Source: Eledone cirrhosa (lineage: Eukaryota). Taken from it: a DNA stretch of 64,000 nucleotides. A model generated the notes under the pieces. It ran no database searches. It worked only from the letters and a program-made list of their open reading frames with translations, and was not told the origin of the DNA. The stretch is taken from positions 9,052,001-9,116,000 of the forward strand of contig OZ024759.1 of assembly GCA_964016885.1 (NCBI GenBank), given 5' to 3'. Shown piece by piece: positions 13,511-24,200 of the stretch. Position 1 is the stretch's first letter; the number at the start of each line of letters is the position of its first letter. The position numbers were made by a program, and so were the translations under genes.

Positions 13511-13523
13511 GTAAGTTCTAGTG

Positions 13524-13531
13524 TCTCCCCT

Positions 13532-13617
<86 letters not shown>

Positions 13618-13979
13618 CCCTCTATCTATCTCTCTCACTCTTTCTCTCTCTCTATCTCTCCCCCTCTATCTACCACTCTATCTCTCTCTCTCACTCTTTC
13701 TCTCTCTCTATCTCTCCCCCTCTCTCTATCTACCACTCTATCTATCTACCACTCTCTCTCTCTCTCTATCTCTATCTCTCCCCCTCTATCTACCACTCTA
13801 TCTCTCTCTCTCACTCTTTCTCTCTCTCTATCTCTCCCCCTCTATCTATCTACCACTCTATCTATCTACCACTCTCTCTCTCTATCTCTCCCCCTCTATC
13901 TACCACTCTATCTCTCTCTCTCACTCTTTCTCTCTCTCTATCTCCCCCCCCTCTATCTATCTACCACTCTATCTATCTA

Positions 13980-14033
<54 letters not shown>

Positions 14034-14087
14034 CCACTCTATCTCTCTCTCTCACTCTTTCTCTCTCTCTCCCCCTCTATCTATCTA

Positions 14088-14136
<49 letters not shown>

Positions 14137-14160
14137 TTATCTACTTCTTCTTTATCTCTA
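13524..14160. repeat. (CT)n-rich tract filling intron D-E
   Basis: Direct inspection. Confidence 0.95.
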
Positions 14161-14170
14161 TATTTTAAAG

Positions 14171-14314
14171 GCTAATGACAATGGAGAACCTCCAATTACA
14201 TCAACAGCTACAGTTTCCATCACAGTTCTTGATCAAAATGACAACAAACCTGTTTTCCAGAAACCAACTTCCCAAACATTTGATGTCCTAGAAAATTACA
14301 GTCCTCATCATTTA
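14171..14314 (+). CDS. Cadherin exon E (ANDNGEPP...DQNDNKPVF...LEN)
   Basis: ttaaag|GCT ... TTA|gtaagt. AxDxGxP and DxNDNxPxF motifs. Phase 0/0. Confidence 0.93.
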
Positions 14315-14387
14315 GTAAGTTGTTTGTTATCTAGGGTATATGGCTTATTACTAGTTTTCAATGAGTGTATCTTCATTTTTTTTTCTT

Positions 14388-14716
14388 CATCATTTTACGT
14401 CCGCTTTTCCCTGCTTGCAAGGGTGGGACGGGAACTGATTCTGGCTTGATTTCTACAGTTGGATGCCCTTCCTAACACCAACCTCATTTACAGTGAGTGC
14501 TGGGTGCTTTTTTGCCGTGGCACCTCCACGACCACTTTGCAGTGGAATGATAGGGACCCCAGTCCCTATCATCTCATTTCTACAGCTGAGTAAACTGGAG
14601 CAATGTGAAATAAAGTGTCTTGCTCAAGGAAACAACACATCACCCGGCCTGAGAATTGAACTCACCACCTTTCGATTGCAAGCCCAATGCTCTAACCACT
14701 AAACCATGTGCCTCCA
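14388..14716 (-). mobile_element. tRNA-derived CORE-type SINE with RTE-derived tail
   Basis: Minus strand: A box tggtttagtgg, B box gagttcaattc, CORE-like ccttgagcaagacactt...cagtttactcagctgtagaaatg, RTE 3' end. Confidence 0.8.
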
Positions 14717-15024
14717 GATAATGAAGTAGCATTACCTAGTTTAGGGTTTCTAAATGTGTGAAGATGCGTGTTATACCTCGTCTTAAAGCTATTTGAGGTG
14801 GAACCAATATAAGTTTTAGAAAGTTCATGTGTGGTGACAGTACAGGAATAAATAATATCTTTAATTTGGCAATTTATTCTCAGGGGGCAAATTTTATTTG
14901 GTCTACAGTTACAGTTGGTCTGGTTATTAGTATATTGGTCTTGAGAGTATGTGAGTGTATAATTATTACAGTTAGTAATGTGAGTGTTGAGATTATGGTA
15001 ATTATTATTATTACTAGTACTTTA

Positions 15025-15215
15025 GGGCAGTGGATTGGCAATATCAGTAGAGGGTCGGACGCCATGCTTTGACGCATAGAGTTACGGCCCTTACCATTCT
15101 GAGTTCAAATCCCGCCGAGGTTAACTTTGCCTTTCATCCTTACGGGGGTCGATAAAATAAAGTACCAGTAATACACTGGGTAATTGCTGGCCTTGTGCCA
15201 AAAAAGTAGAAACAA
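15025..15215 (+). mobile_element. Meta-type SINE
   Basis: Same consensus; (TTA)n tail. Confidence 0.85.
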
Positions 15216-15685
15216 TTATTATTATTATTATTACGGTCACCTAGCAACTGATTGCTTGAGAAACCTTACAAAACGGGGAAGAAATTATTATTATTATTAT
15301 TATTATTGTTCTTTGAGTCTCAGTCATGGATGTTATTTAACTGGAAAGTTTGTTGAAATGAATATCAAGCTGCTACCTGCAGCCTCAGATATTCAGGACA
15401 TATCGGAGGGTTCTTGCTGTTCCCAGCAAGCATGCCTTTTGAAGTGTTTCAAAAAGCGGGGCGGGGTCAATTTTCTTTAACCATCCTTGGAAACTCCTTG
15501 AGATAGTCCCTAGTGTTCCTATGACAATCGGGATCACTTTGACCTCATGGCAGTTCCAAATCCTTTTTACCTCCCACTTTAAGTCCTGGTATCAGTTAAT
15601 TTTCTCCCTCTCCTTCTCTTGCACTCTCGTATCGAATGGGCAGGCTACATCCACAATTATTATTATTATTATTATTATTATTATT

Positions 15686-16019
15686 GCGGTGGAGTGGCAG
15701 TATTGGTAGAGGGTCGGACGCCAGGCTTTGACGCATAGAGTTACGGCCCTTGCCATTCTGAGTTCAAATGCCACCGAGGTTAACTTTGCCTGTCATCCTT
15801 ACGGGGTCGATAAAATAAAGTACCAGTAATACACTGGGTAATTGCTGGCCTTCTGCCAAAAGAAGAAACAATTATATATATATATATATATATATAGTAC
15901 CAGTAATACACTGGGTAATTGCTGGCCTTGTGCCAAAAGAAGAAACAATTATATATATATATATATAAAGTACCAGTAATACACTGGGTAATTGCTGGCC
16001 TTCTGCCAAAAGAAGAAAC

Positions 16020-16056
<37 letters not shown>

Positions 16057-16110
16057 ACCAGTAATACACTGGGTATTTGCTGGCCTTGTGCCAAAAGTAG
16101 AAACAATTAT
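15686..16110 (+). mobile_element. Meta-type SINE with tandemly repeated 3' ends separated by (TA)n
   Basis: agtaccagtaatacactgggtaattgctggcc...gaaacaatt occurs 4 times. Confidence 0.8.
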
Positions 16111-16402
16111 TATTACTACTACTATTATTATTACTGTTTCTAACACTCTCATGTATTGAGTTATTATGATGGGTATTTCTATGTTGAGAGTTATTAACTT
16201 TGTGTAATTGGAAATATTTATTAATCTTCCTCTTGTTACTGCTAGCTATGTGGTTCGCAATGTGGTAGAGTACTATCTTTTCCCTGTAATATGATTTTGT
16301 TTTTCTTGCTCTTCAATATAATGTCACTGACACTATTAATTATAATGTATCTTAATGAATGTTCTAAAGACTAGGAATGTAATTACTTGTTTTAACATTG
16401 TA

Positions 16403-16455
16403 TAAGTTCTGATGATTCCAGACATTTGTCTGGAAGAAACGATCGTCAGAAATTA
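16403..16455 (+). ncRNA. Minimal hammerhead ribozyme (helix I degenerate)
   Basis: CTGATGA-ttccagac(attt)gtctggaa-GAAA-c(gatc)g-TC; palindromic helix III. Confidence 0.75.
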
Positions 16456-16724
16456 AATGCATTAAACAAAAATTTGATTGTTAATTTGATTCAATTAATT
16501 AGACGTGAAGCAAATTATTCTTTAAAATATGTTACCAAACACTTATTCACATCTTAATTTGATTTACAATTGTTTCATTCTCATCGGACTCATCACATTC
16601 ATCTTTTCAAATGCACAAAATAATTCTAGAGATAGTTTTGTTTACATTTTATAGAACAAAAATTTCTCCAGAATTTTTTTGTACATTTGAAAAGATGAAT
16701 GTGTTGAGGTAATTATTTATAAAT

Positions 16725-16775
16725 TAATTGACCCTGATGATTCCTATGAGGATGAAACAATTGTAAATCAAATTA
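16725..16775 (+). ncRNA. Minimal hammerhead ribozyme; antisense partial copy at about 16555-16594
   Basis: CTGATGA-ttcct(atg)aggat-GAAA-c(aatt)g-TA. Confidence 0.7.
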
Positions 16776-16991
16776 TGATGTGAATAAGTCTTTGGCAACA
16801 TATTTTAATGAATATATATATACATATACACATATACACACATATATATATAAAGTTATTCCGGGTTGAATCGGAGGTAGCCACAGTAAGTAAGGTACTC
16901 AATACATAGCAGAGTATAAAAGTTTTAATATAGAAGAGCTTCTACAGGACTAGAAGTGTTTCATTCATAAGAAATCATCAGGAAGCGCTTC

Positions 16992-17030
16992 CTGATGATT
17001 TCTCACGAATGAAACAGTTCTAGTCCTGTA
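16992..17030 (+). ncRNA. Hammerhead core truncated at a palindrome centre
   Basis: CTGATGA-tttctcacgaat-GAAAC-agttcta-GTC; the 5' strand of helix I is missing; mirrored on the minus strand. Confidence 0.55.
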
Positions 17031-17075
17031 GAAGCTCTTCTATATTAAAATATATATATTATATATATATATTCT

Positions 17076-17319
17076 AATTCTAAGGCGGGTAAAATTCCCG
17101 AGATCCATGGACGAGTTCTCTCCAGCGGTCTCTGTCCTTCATTATCGCTGCCATATCCTGCATCTCCAACAGACCAGTGTCTGTCCTTAGGGCATCAACA
17201 TACGTTAACCTTGGTCTCCCTCTTCTAGTGTGTCCATGTAGGGGCTCCCAAAGGAGCACTGAGTGCAATGTCAACTCTGGATGTCGGTGAGCATGTCCAG
17301 CTAACCTCAGTCTCCTCTG
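17076..17319 (-). mobile_element. Second RTE-like family, 3' end
   Basis: RRLRLAGH...LLWEP.HG..RRGRPRLTY. Confidence 0.75.
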
Positions 17320-17701
17320 GGTATGACATTAAACTACATCCAGTGGCAAGGCTCCAGTTCGTGAGTTCAGGAGTTGTGGGGAATGTGGAGTTACCCCTTA
17401 GTTGTCATGACTCCCAGGTCTGCCCTGGCCCGGGGTGGTAGTACCTGTTAGGGCTCCATTTATGGGTTAAATAACTACCTTATTTGAGTGGTGCCGGTAA
17501 GGTATTGTCAGCCATTGAAAAGAAAAGAAAGATATATATATATATATATATATATATAGTTTAGGGATTGTAACATCAAGTTACTGTTGATTCACGAAAG
17601 TTAGGACTCGATGCGTAGTCTCCAGTTTGTACTTTAGGTTAGTACTAAGCAGACTGTAATAAATATGGACGAGATGTCAAATTATTATGAAGTTTATTCA
17701 G

Positions 17702-17790
17702 GTGTGACATGTGTTTCACAATTGATTAGCTCAAGGTTCAATCTCTATCAATCAGGCCTGACTCTGGAATCAAAAGCTCATCAAACTTCT
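17702..17790 (-). ncRNA. Degenerate hammerhead with long helix II insertion
   Basis: Minus strand TTGATGA-gc...gt-GAAA-c(acat)g-TC; related to 60116-60200. Confidence 0.5.
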
Positions 17791-18016
17791 GTTTGCTTAA
17801 TTAAGCAAAATTAGGCCTGATTGATAGAGATCAAACTTTGAGCTGATCAATCGTAAACGAGCATCACACTTGAATAAACTCATCCATACTTATTATTACT
17901 ATATATATATATATATATAGGGTGGTGGATTGGCAGTATCTGTAGAGCATCAGACAACATGCTTTGCGACATAGAGTTATGGCCCTTTACGTTCTGTATA
18001 TATATATATATATATA

Positions 18017-18405
18017 TTCTGGGGCGGGTAAAATTCCCGAGATCCATGGACGAGTTCTCTCCAGCGGTCTCTGTCCCTCATTATCGCTGCCATGTCCTGC
18101 GTCTCCAACAGACCAGTGTCTGTCCTTAGGGCATCAACATACGTTAACCTTGGTCTCCCTCTTCCAGTGTGTCCACGTAGGGGCTCCCACAGGAGCACTG
18201 AGTGCAGTGTCAACTCTGGATGTCGGTGAGCATGTCCAGCCAACCTCAGTCTCCTCTGTGTAGGGGCTCCCACAGGAGCACTGAGTGCAATGTCAACTCT
18301 GGATGTCGGTGAGAATGTCCAGCTAACCTCAGTCTCCTCTGTGTCACTTTTGAGCTGACTTTTGGGAGGCTCCCGTACAGCTCTGAGTTTTTCATCCTCA
18401 GTGTA
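18017..18405 (-). mobile_element. Second RTE-like family, 3' end with a short internal duplication
   Basis: Same peptide as 17076-17319; the LRLAGH...LLWEP segment occurs twice. Confidence 0.75.
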
Positions 18406-18414
18406 TACTGACTA

Positions 18415-20304
18415 ATGTTCAGAGTCATCCTCAGAGATATACTCACATATATTAGCCCACACTCTAACCACCTACCGGCAGTCATCAGAGCAGTAATCAA
18501 ATCTATCTCCTATAGGATCTCAATGCTATCAGCAAATGAGGAGATATTTATAAACCACGCACAATATTACAATAAGGCTCTCTTTGAATCTGGTTATAAA
18601 CAATCAATTTATTACATACCTAAATGCCATAACACAGCAACTCACCATAATAAACTTAACACTAGAACTAGAAATACCTTAGCTTATAGCCAGATTCGCC
18701 GGAATTTTAGCAGTAACAGCACCTATACAGGGAACTTTAATGGTGGCAGCGGCCTGCTCCCCACTCCTAGTAGCAAACTAAGAATCAACCCTAGAATAGG
18801 AATGAGAAATGGGATGACAAATAACAAACCCCCAGGTAAAAATAACCCTAGGAAGGCCCCTACCAACTCCACTAGAACCCCTAGAAGGAATAGGCCTAGA
18901 AATATCACCTGGCTTAACCCACCATTCTCATCTAATCTAACCACTAATATCCCCAATCGCTTCTTCTCTATCCTATCCCCCCCCCCCCCCAACCATAGAT
19001 ATTACAAACTCTTTAATAAAAATAACATTAAAATCTCATTCTCCACAACACCTAACCTAGCTAGCCACATCGCATTCAGTAACCATCATAAACTAAGACA
19101 GTATAACTCCCACACCGCGGTACCACCACCCCTATCAAATACACCACGCCACTACACCAATACTTACTCTAGTAGCACACCTCCCCCATCTAATCCTTCT
19201 AGCACTGACCAACCGCTTAGGTTAAACTACCCTACTCTCACTAACCGCAGAAGCAACTGCAACTGCCGGTACCCCAATGCATGCCCACTAAATGGACACT
19301 GCCTGACACCCAACATAGTCTATAGGTGCACGGTTAAAACTGCTTCGAATACCAGCTCTTATATCGGGTCTACCTCTAACCCTTTTAAGGTACGCTATAA
19401 CGCGCACTCTTTTTCCTTCCGAGACCCTAGCAACAGATGTTCGACATCGCTAGCTAGGCTCATTAAAAACCTTAAATTAAACAAAGTTCAACACTCACTA
19501 AAATGGGATATCTTAGCTAGGGCCCAACCGTTCAATGGACAAAGGAAATCTTGTGATCTCTGTGTTACGGAAGCATATTACATAACTCTATCAAGACCTC
19601 TACCAATTAACGATAGAACGGAGGTCACCATTAGCTGTCAACATCGAAGGGCTAATTCCTTCGCCAATAGAGTTTTTGACCCTACTTAGTCATGTAGCCC
19701 CATCTCTAATTGTAGCTAATAAGTTAAATTGCTATGAACAACTCGATAATTATAAGTTACCTCCCCTACATTGTCTCTCAATGAAATAATTTAAATTCTA
19801 GCACATAACTATAAAATACACACAATCTCTAATCTCTCGAGAAGTTACTTCCCCTGAAACCACCCTCTAATTAGTAAGGTAAATATGCCTTTGGCAGCCA
19901 TCTTATTACCCATAAGCAGATCTCACACAATGCAGCCTCGACAGATGAGTACTGCTTGATTATGGCTGACAGCTGATGATACAAAGGCACCATAGTAAAA
20001 ACTAATATATGGAACATTATATTATGTAACATTATTTTAATTTATATTCCTTTGAGTTCCGATGAGCCACTCTGTTTTTTTTAAATATGTTTATTATTTT
20101 CAACTGAACCAGATCAATTATGATATATAGTCATCTGATCCAGAAATATTATACGGAGTAGCGAAACAATTGTAAACGGGCATTATTATTATTAATATTA
20201 TTATTATTATTCTCTACATTCCTTACATCAAACTAAATATGTTGACAATCTTTTAATAATGTCTTCCTTGTGAAATTTCTGGTCTTGTTTTGCTTAACTA
20301 ATGA
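18415..20304 (+). mobile_element. 5'-truncated Penelope-like retroelement (probably Naiad-type): RT thumb, linker, Cys-rich motif, C-terminal GIY-YIG endonuclease, 3' pLTR region with hammerhead
   Basis: ORF 18415-19689: YISPHSNH, WLNPPFS, CNCxxxxxCPxxGxC, IVY...YIGST...FKxRYxxH, CDLC...E...NxRxE...CxH. Hammerhead at 20056-20177; ends in (TA)n. Confidence 0.88.
20056..20177 (+). ncRNA. Penelope pLTR hammerhead, CCGAUGA core variant with extended helix II
   Basis: gtt-CCGATGA-gccactctgt...acggagtagc-GAAA-c(aatt)g-TA-aac. Confidence 0.7.
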
Positions 20305-20337
<33 letters not shown>

Positions 20338-20436
20338 GACATATATATGTTTGTGAATAAGCTCGTAGTATTAAAATCATGATAACATTATACTTTCCTG
20401 CCCACTTCATTTTTCTCTCTTGTGTTCAATTCCCAG

Positions 20437-20536
20437 GTGACCAGTTTCAAGGCCATTGATACTGACTCCGGAGCTAATGCCCAAGTCTTCTACAAAGTAC
20501 TCAATACTTCTTTACCATTTACTATAGATCCCACAA
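20437..20536 (+). CDS. Cadherin exon F (VTSFKAIDTDSGANAQVFY...FTIDPT)
   Basis: ttcccag|GTG ... A|gtaagc. AxDxDxGxN motif. Phase 0/1. Not in the ORF track. Confidence 0.92.
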
Positions 20537-20940
20537 GTAAGCAGTTCTTTTCTTTGATAACTTGGAAAACCTTAACTTTTTATATATAGCTACAGAGAAT
20601 CTCACAAACTAAAAACAGCAGCCAAATCTGCCTCATATCCCAGTCTGCCATCTTAAATTGATAAGGACGTAATGGATAATGTACTCAGATTGCATTGTGT
20701 CTGAAATAAAGACAGAGTGGTTATGGCTGGAATGGTCTCCATGAGGTCAGTAGACATGCTAGAAATAGCAGCCAAATCTCCTTCATATCCCATCTTGTCA
20801 TAAATATAAATAGAGTAGAGGAGAAGTCATTATTCAGTCATATCTGACCACAGGTTTCCATCTAGAAAGTTCCACCCTGGGACCCATGACAGATGTCTTT
20901 GAATCAACCGAAAGTAAGCAAATTATGTCATAGAATAATA

Positions 20941-21123
20941 ATAATCGTTTCAACTTTTGGCACAAGACCAGCAATTACACCAATGCATTACTGGTACTTT
21001 ATTTTATCAACCCCGTAAGGATGAAAGGCAAATTTAACCTCGGCAGGATTTGAACTCATAACGTAAAGGGCCGTAGCTCTATGCTGCAAAACATTGCGCC
21101 TGACCCTCTACCAATACTGCCAA
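20941..21123 (-). mobile_element. Meta-type SINE
   Basis: Reverse complement of the consensus. Confidence 0.8.
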
Positions 21124-21200
21124 ATATGAGTTAGGTTTAGTAAATTAAACAAATTAGATTCTTTCCACCTCAATCTGATTCTTCTGTCATCCAGTTACTC

Positions 21201-24200
21201 TCAGGTAGAATGTATCAGTTGTTAGACTGTCAGGTAGAATATATCAGTTGTTAGACTGTCAGGTAGAATATATCAGTTGTTAGACTGTCAGGTAGAATAT
21301 ATCAGTTGTTAGACTGTCAGGTAGGATATATCAGTTGTTAGACTGTCAGGTAGGATATATCAGTTATTAGACTGTCAGGTAGAATATATCAGTTGTTAGA
21401 CTGTCAGGTAGGATGTATCAGTTGTTAGACTGTCAGGTAGAATGTATCAGTTGTTAGACTGTCAGGTAGGATATATCAGTTGTTAGACTGTCAGGTAGGA
21501 TGTATCAGTTGTTAGACTGTCAGGTAGAATATATCAGTTGTTAGACTGTCAGGTAGGATGTATCAGTTGTTAGACTGTCAGGTAGGATATATCAGTTGTT
21601 AGACTGTCAGGTAGGATGTATCAGTTGTTAGACTGTCAGGTAGGATATATCAGTTGTTAGACTGTCAGGTAGGATGTATCAGTTGTTAGACTGTCAGGTA
21701 GAATGTATCAGTTGTTAGACTGTCAGGTAGGATATATCAGTTGTTAGACTGTCAGGTAGGATATATCAGTTGTTAGACAGTCAGGTAGAATATATCAGTT
21801 GTTAGACTGTCAGGTAGGATATATCAGTTGTTAGACTGTCAGGTAGGATGTATCAGTTGTTAGACTGTCAGGTAGGATATATCAGTTGTTAGACTGTCAG
21901 GTAGGATGTATCAGTTGTTAGACTGTCAGGTAGAATATATCAGTTGTTAGACTGTCAGGTAGAATATATCAGTTGTTAGACTGTCAGGTAGAATGTATCA
22001 GTTGTTAGACTGTCAGGTAGGATATATCAGTTGTTAGACTGTCAGGTAGGATATATCAGTTGTTAGACTGTCAGGTAGAATGTATCAGTTGTTAGACTGT
22101 CAGGTAGGATGTATCAGTTGTTAGACTGTCAGGTAGAATATATCAGTTGTTAGACTGTCAGGTAGGATATATCAGTTGTTAGACAGTCAGGTAGGATATA
22201 TCAGTTGTTAGACTGTCAGGTAGGATATATCAGTTGTTAGACTGTCAGGTAGAATATATCAGTTGTTAGACTGTCAGGTAGGATATATCAGTTGTTAGAC
22301 TGTCAGGTAGGATATATCAGTTGTTAGACTGTCAGGTAGGATATATCAGTTGTTAGACTGTCAGGTAGGATATATCAGACTGTCAGGTAGAATGTATCAG
22401 TTGTTAGACTGTCAGGTAGGATATATCAGTTGTTAGACTGTCAGGTAGAATATATCAGTTGTTAGACTGTCAGGTAGAATGTATCAGTTGTTAGACTGTC
22501 AGGTAGAATATATCAGTTGTTAGACTGTCAGGTAGGATATATCAGTTGTTAGACTGTCAGGTAGGATATATCAGTTGTTAGACTGTCAGGTAGAATATAT
22601 CAGTTGTTAGACTGTCAGGTAGAATATATCAGTTGTTAGACTGTCAGGTAGGATATATCAGTTGTTAGACTGTCAGGTAGAATATATCAGTTGTTAGACT
22701 GTCAGGTAGGATATATCAGTTGTTAGACTGTCAGGTAGGATATATCAGTTGTTAGACTGTCAGGTAGAATATATCAGTTGTTAGACTGTCAGGTAGAATA
22801 TATCAGTTGTTAGACTGTCAGGTAGGATATATCAGTTGTTAGACTGTCAGGTAGAATATATCAGTTGTTAGACTGTCAGGTAGAATATATCAGTTGTTAG
22901 ACTGTCAGGTAGAATGTATCAGTTGTTAGACTGTCAGGTAGAATGTATCAGTTGTTAGACTGTCAGGTAGAATATATCAGTTGTTAGACTGTCAGGTAGA
23001 ATGTATCAGTTGTTAGACTGTCAGGTAGAATGTATCAGTTGTTAGACTGTCAGGTAGAATATATCAGTTGTTAGACTGTCAGGTAGAATATATCAGTTGT
23101 TAGACTGTCAGGTAGGATATATCAGTTGTTAGACTGTCAGGTAGAATATATCAGTTGTTAGACTGTCAGGTAGAATGTATCAGTTGTTAGACTGTCAGGT
23201 AGAATGTATCAGTTGTTAGACTGTCAGGTAGAATATATCAGTTGTTAGACTGTCAGGTAGAATGTATCAGTTGTTAGACTGTCAGGTAGAATATATCAGT
23301 TGTTAGACTGTCAGGTAGGATATATCAGTTTTTAGACTGTCAGGTAGAATGTATCAGTTGTTAGACTGTCAGGTAGAATGTATCAGTTGTTAGACTGTCA
23401 GGTAGAATATATCAGTTGTTAAACTGTCAGGTAGAATATATCAGTTGTTAGACTGTCAGGTAGAATATATCAGTTGTTAGACTGTCAGGTAGAATGTATC
23501 AGTTGTTAGACTGTCAGGTAGAATGTATCAGTTGTTAGACTGTCAGGTAGAATATATCAGTTGTTAGACTGTCAGGTAGGATATATCAGTTGTTAGACTG
23601 TCAGGTAGAATATATCAGTTGTTAGACTGTCAGGTAGAATATATCAGTTGTTAGACTGTCAGGTAGAATGTATCAGTTGTTAGACTGTCAGGTAGAATGT
23701 ATCAGTTGTTAGACTGTCAGGTAGAATATATCAGTTGTTAGACTGTCAGGTAGAATGTATCAGTTGTTAGACTGTCAGGTAGAATATATCAGTTGTTAGA
23801 CCGTCAGGTAGAATATATCAGTTGTTAGACTGTCAGGTAGAATGTATCAGTTGTTAGACTGTCAGGTAGAATGTATCAGTTGTTAGACTGTCAGGTAGAA
23901 TATATCAGTTGTTAGACTGTCAGGTAGGATATATCAGTTGTTAGACTGTCAGGTAGAATATATCAGTTGTTAGACTGTCAGGTAGAATATATCAGTTGTT
24001 AGACTGTCAGGTAGGATATATCAGTTGTTAGACTGTCAGGTAGGATGTATCAGTTGTTAGACTGTCAGGTAGAATATATCAGTTGTTAGACTGTCAGGTA
24101 GGATATATCAGTTGTTAGACTGTCAGGTAGAATATATCAGTTGTTAGACTGTCAGGTAGAATATATCAGTTGTTAGACTGTCAGGTAGGATATATCAGTT

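Noticed and set aside
12513-14449. 573-aa and overlapping low-complexity ORFs
   Set aside because: Microsatellite read-through; only 13419-13510 and 14171-14314 are exons.
14640-14716. tRNA genes at SINE heads (also 34550-34628, 39340-39415, 54089-54165)
   Set aside because: A and B boxes are present but they are attached to SINE bodies with no full cloverleaf.
19690-20050. Possible SECIS / selenoprotein Naiad, and a lone ctgatga near 19973
   Set aside because: No in-frame UGA in the visible ORF and no convincing SECIS fold; the ctgatga lacks a matching GAAA and helices.
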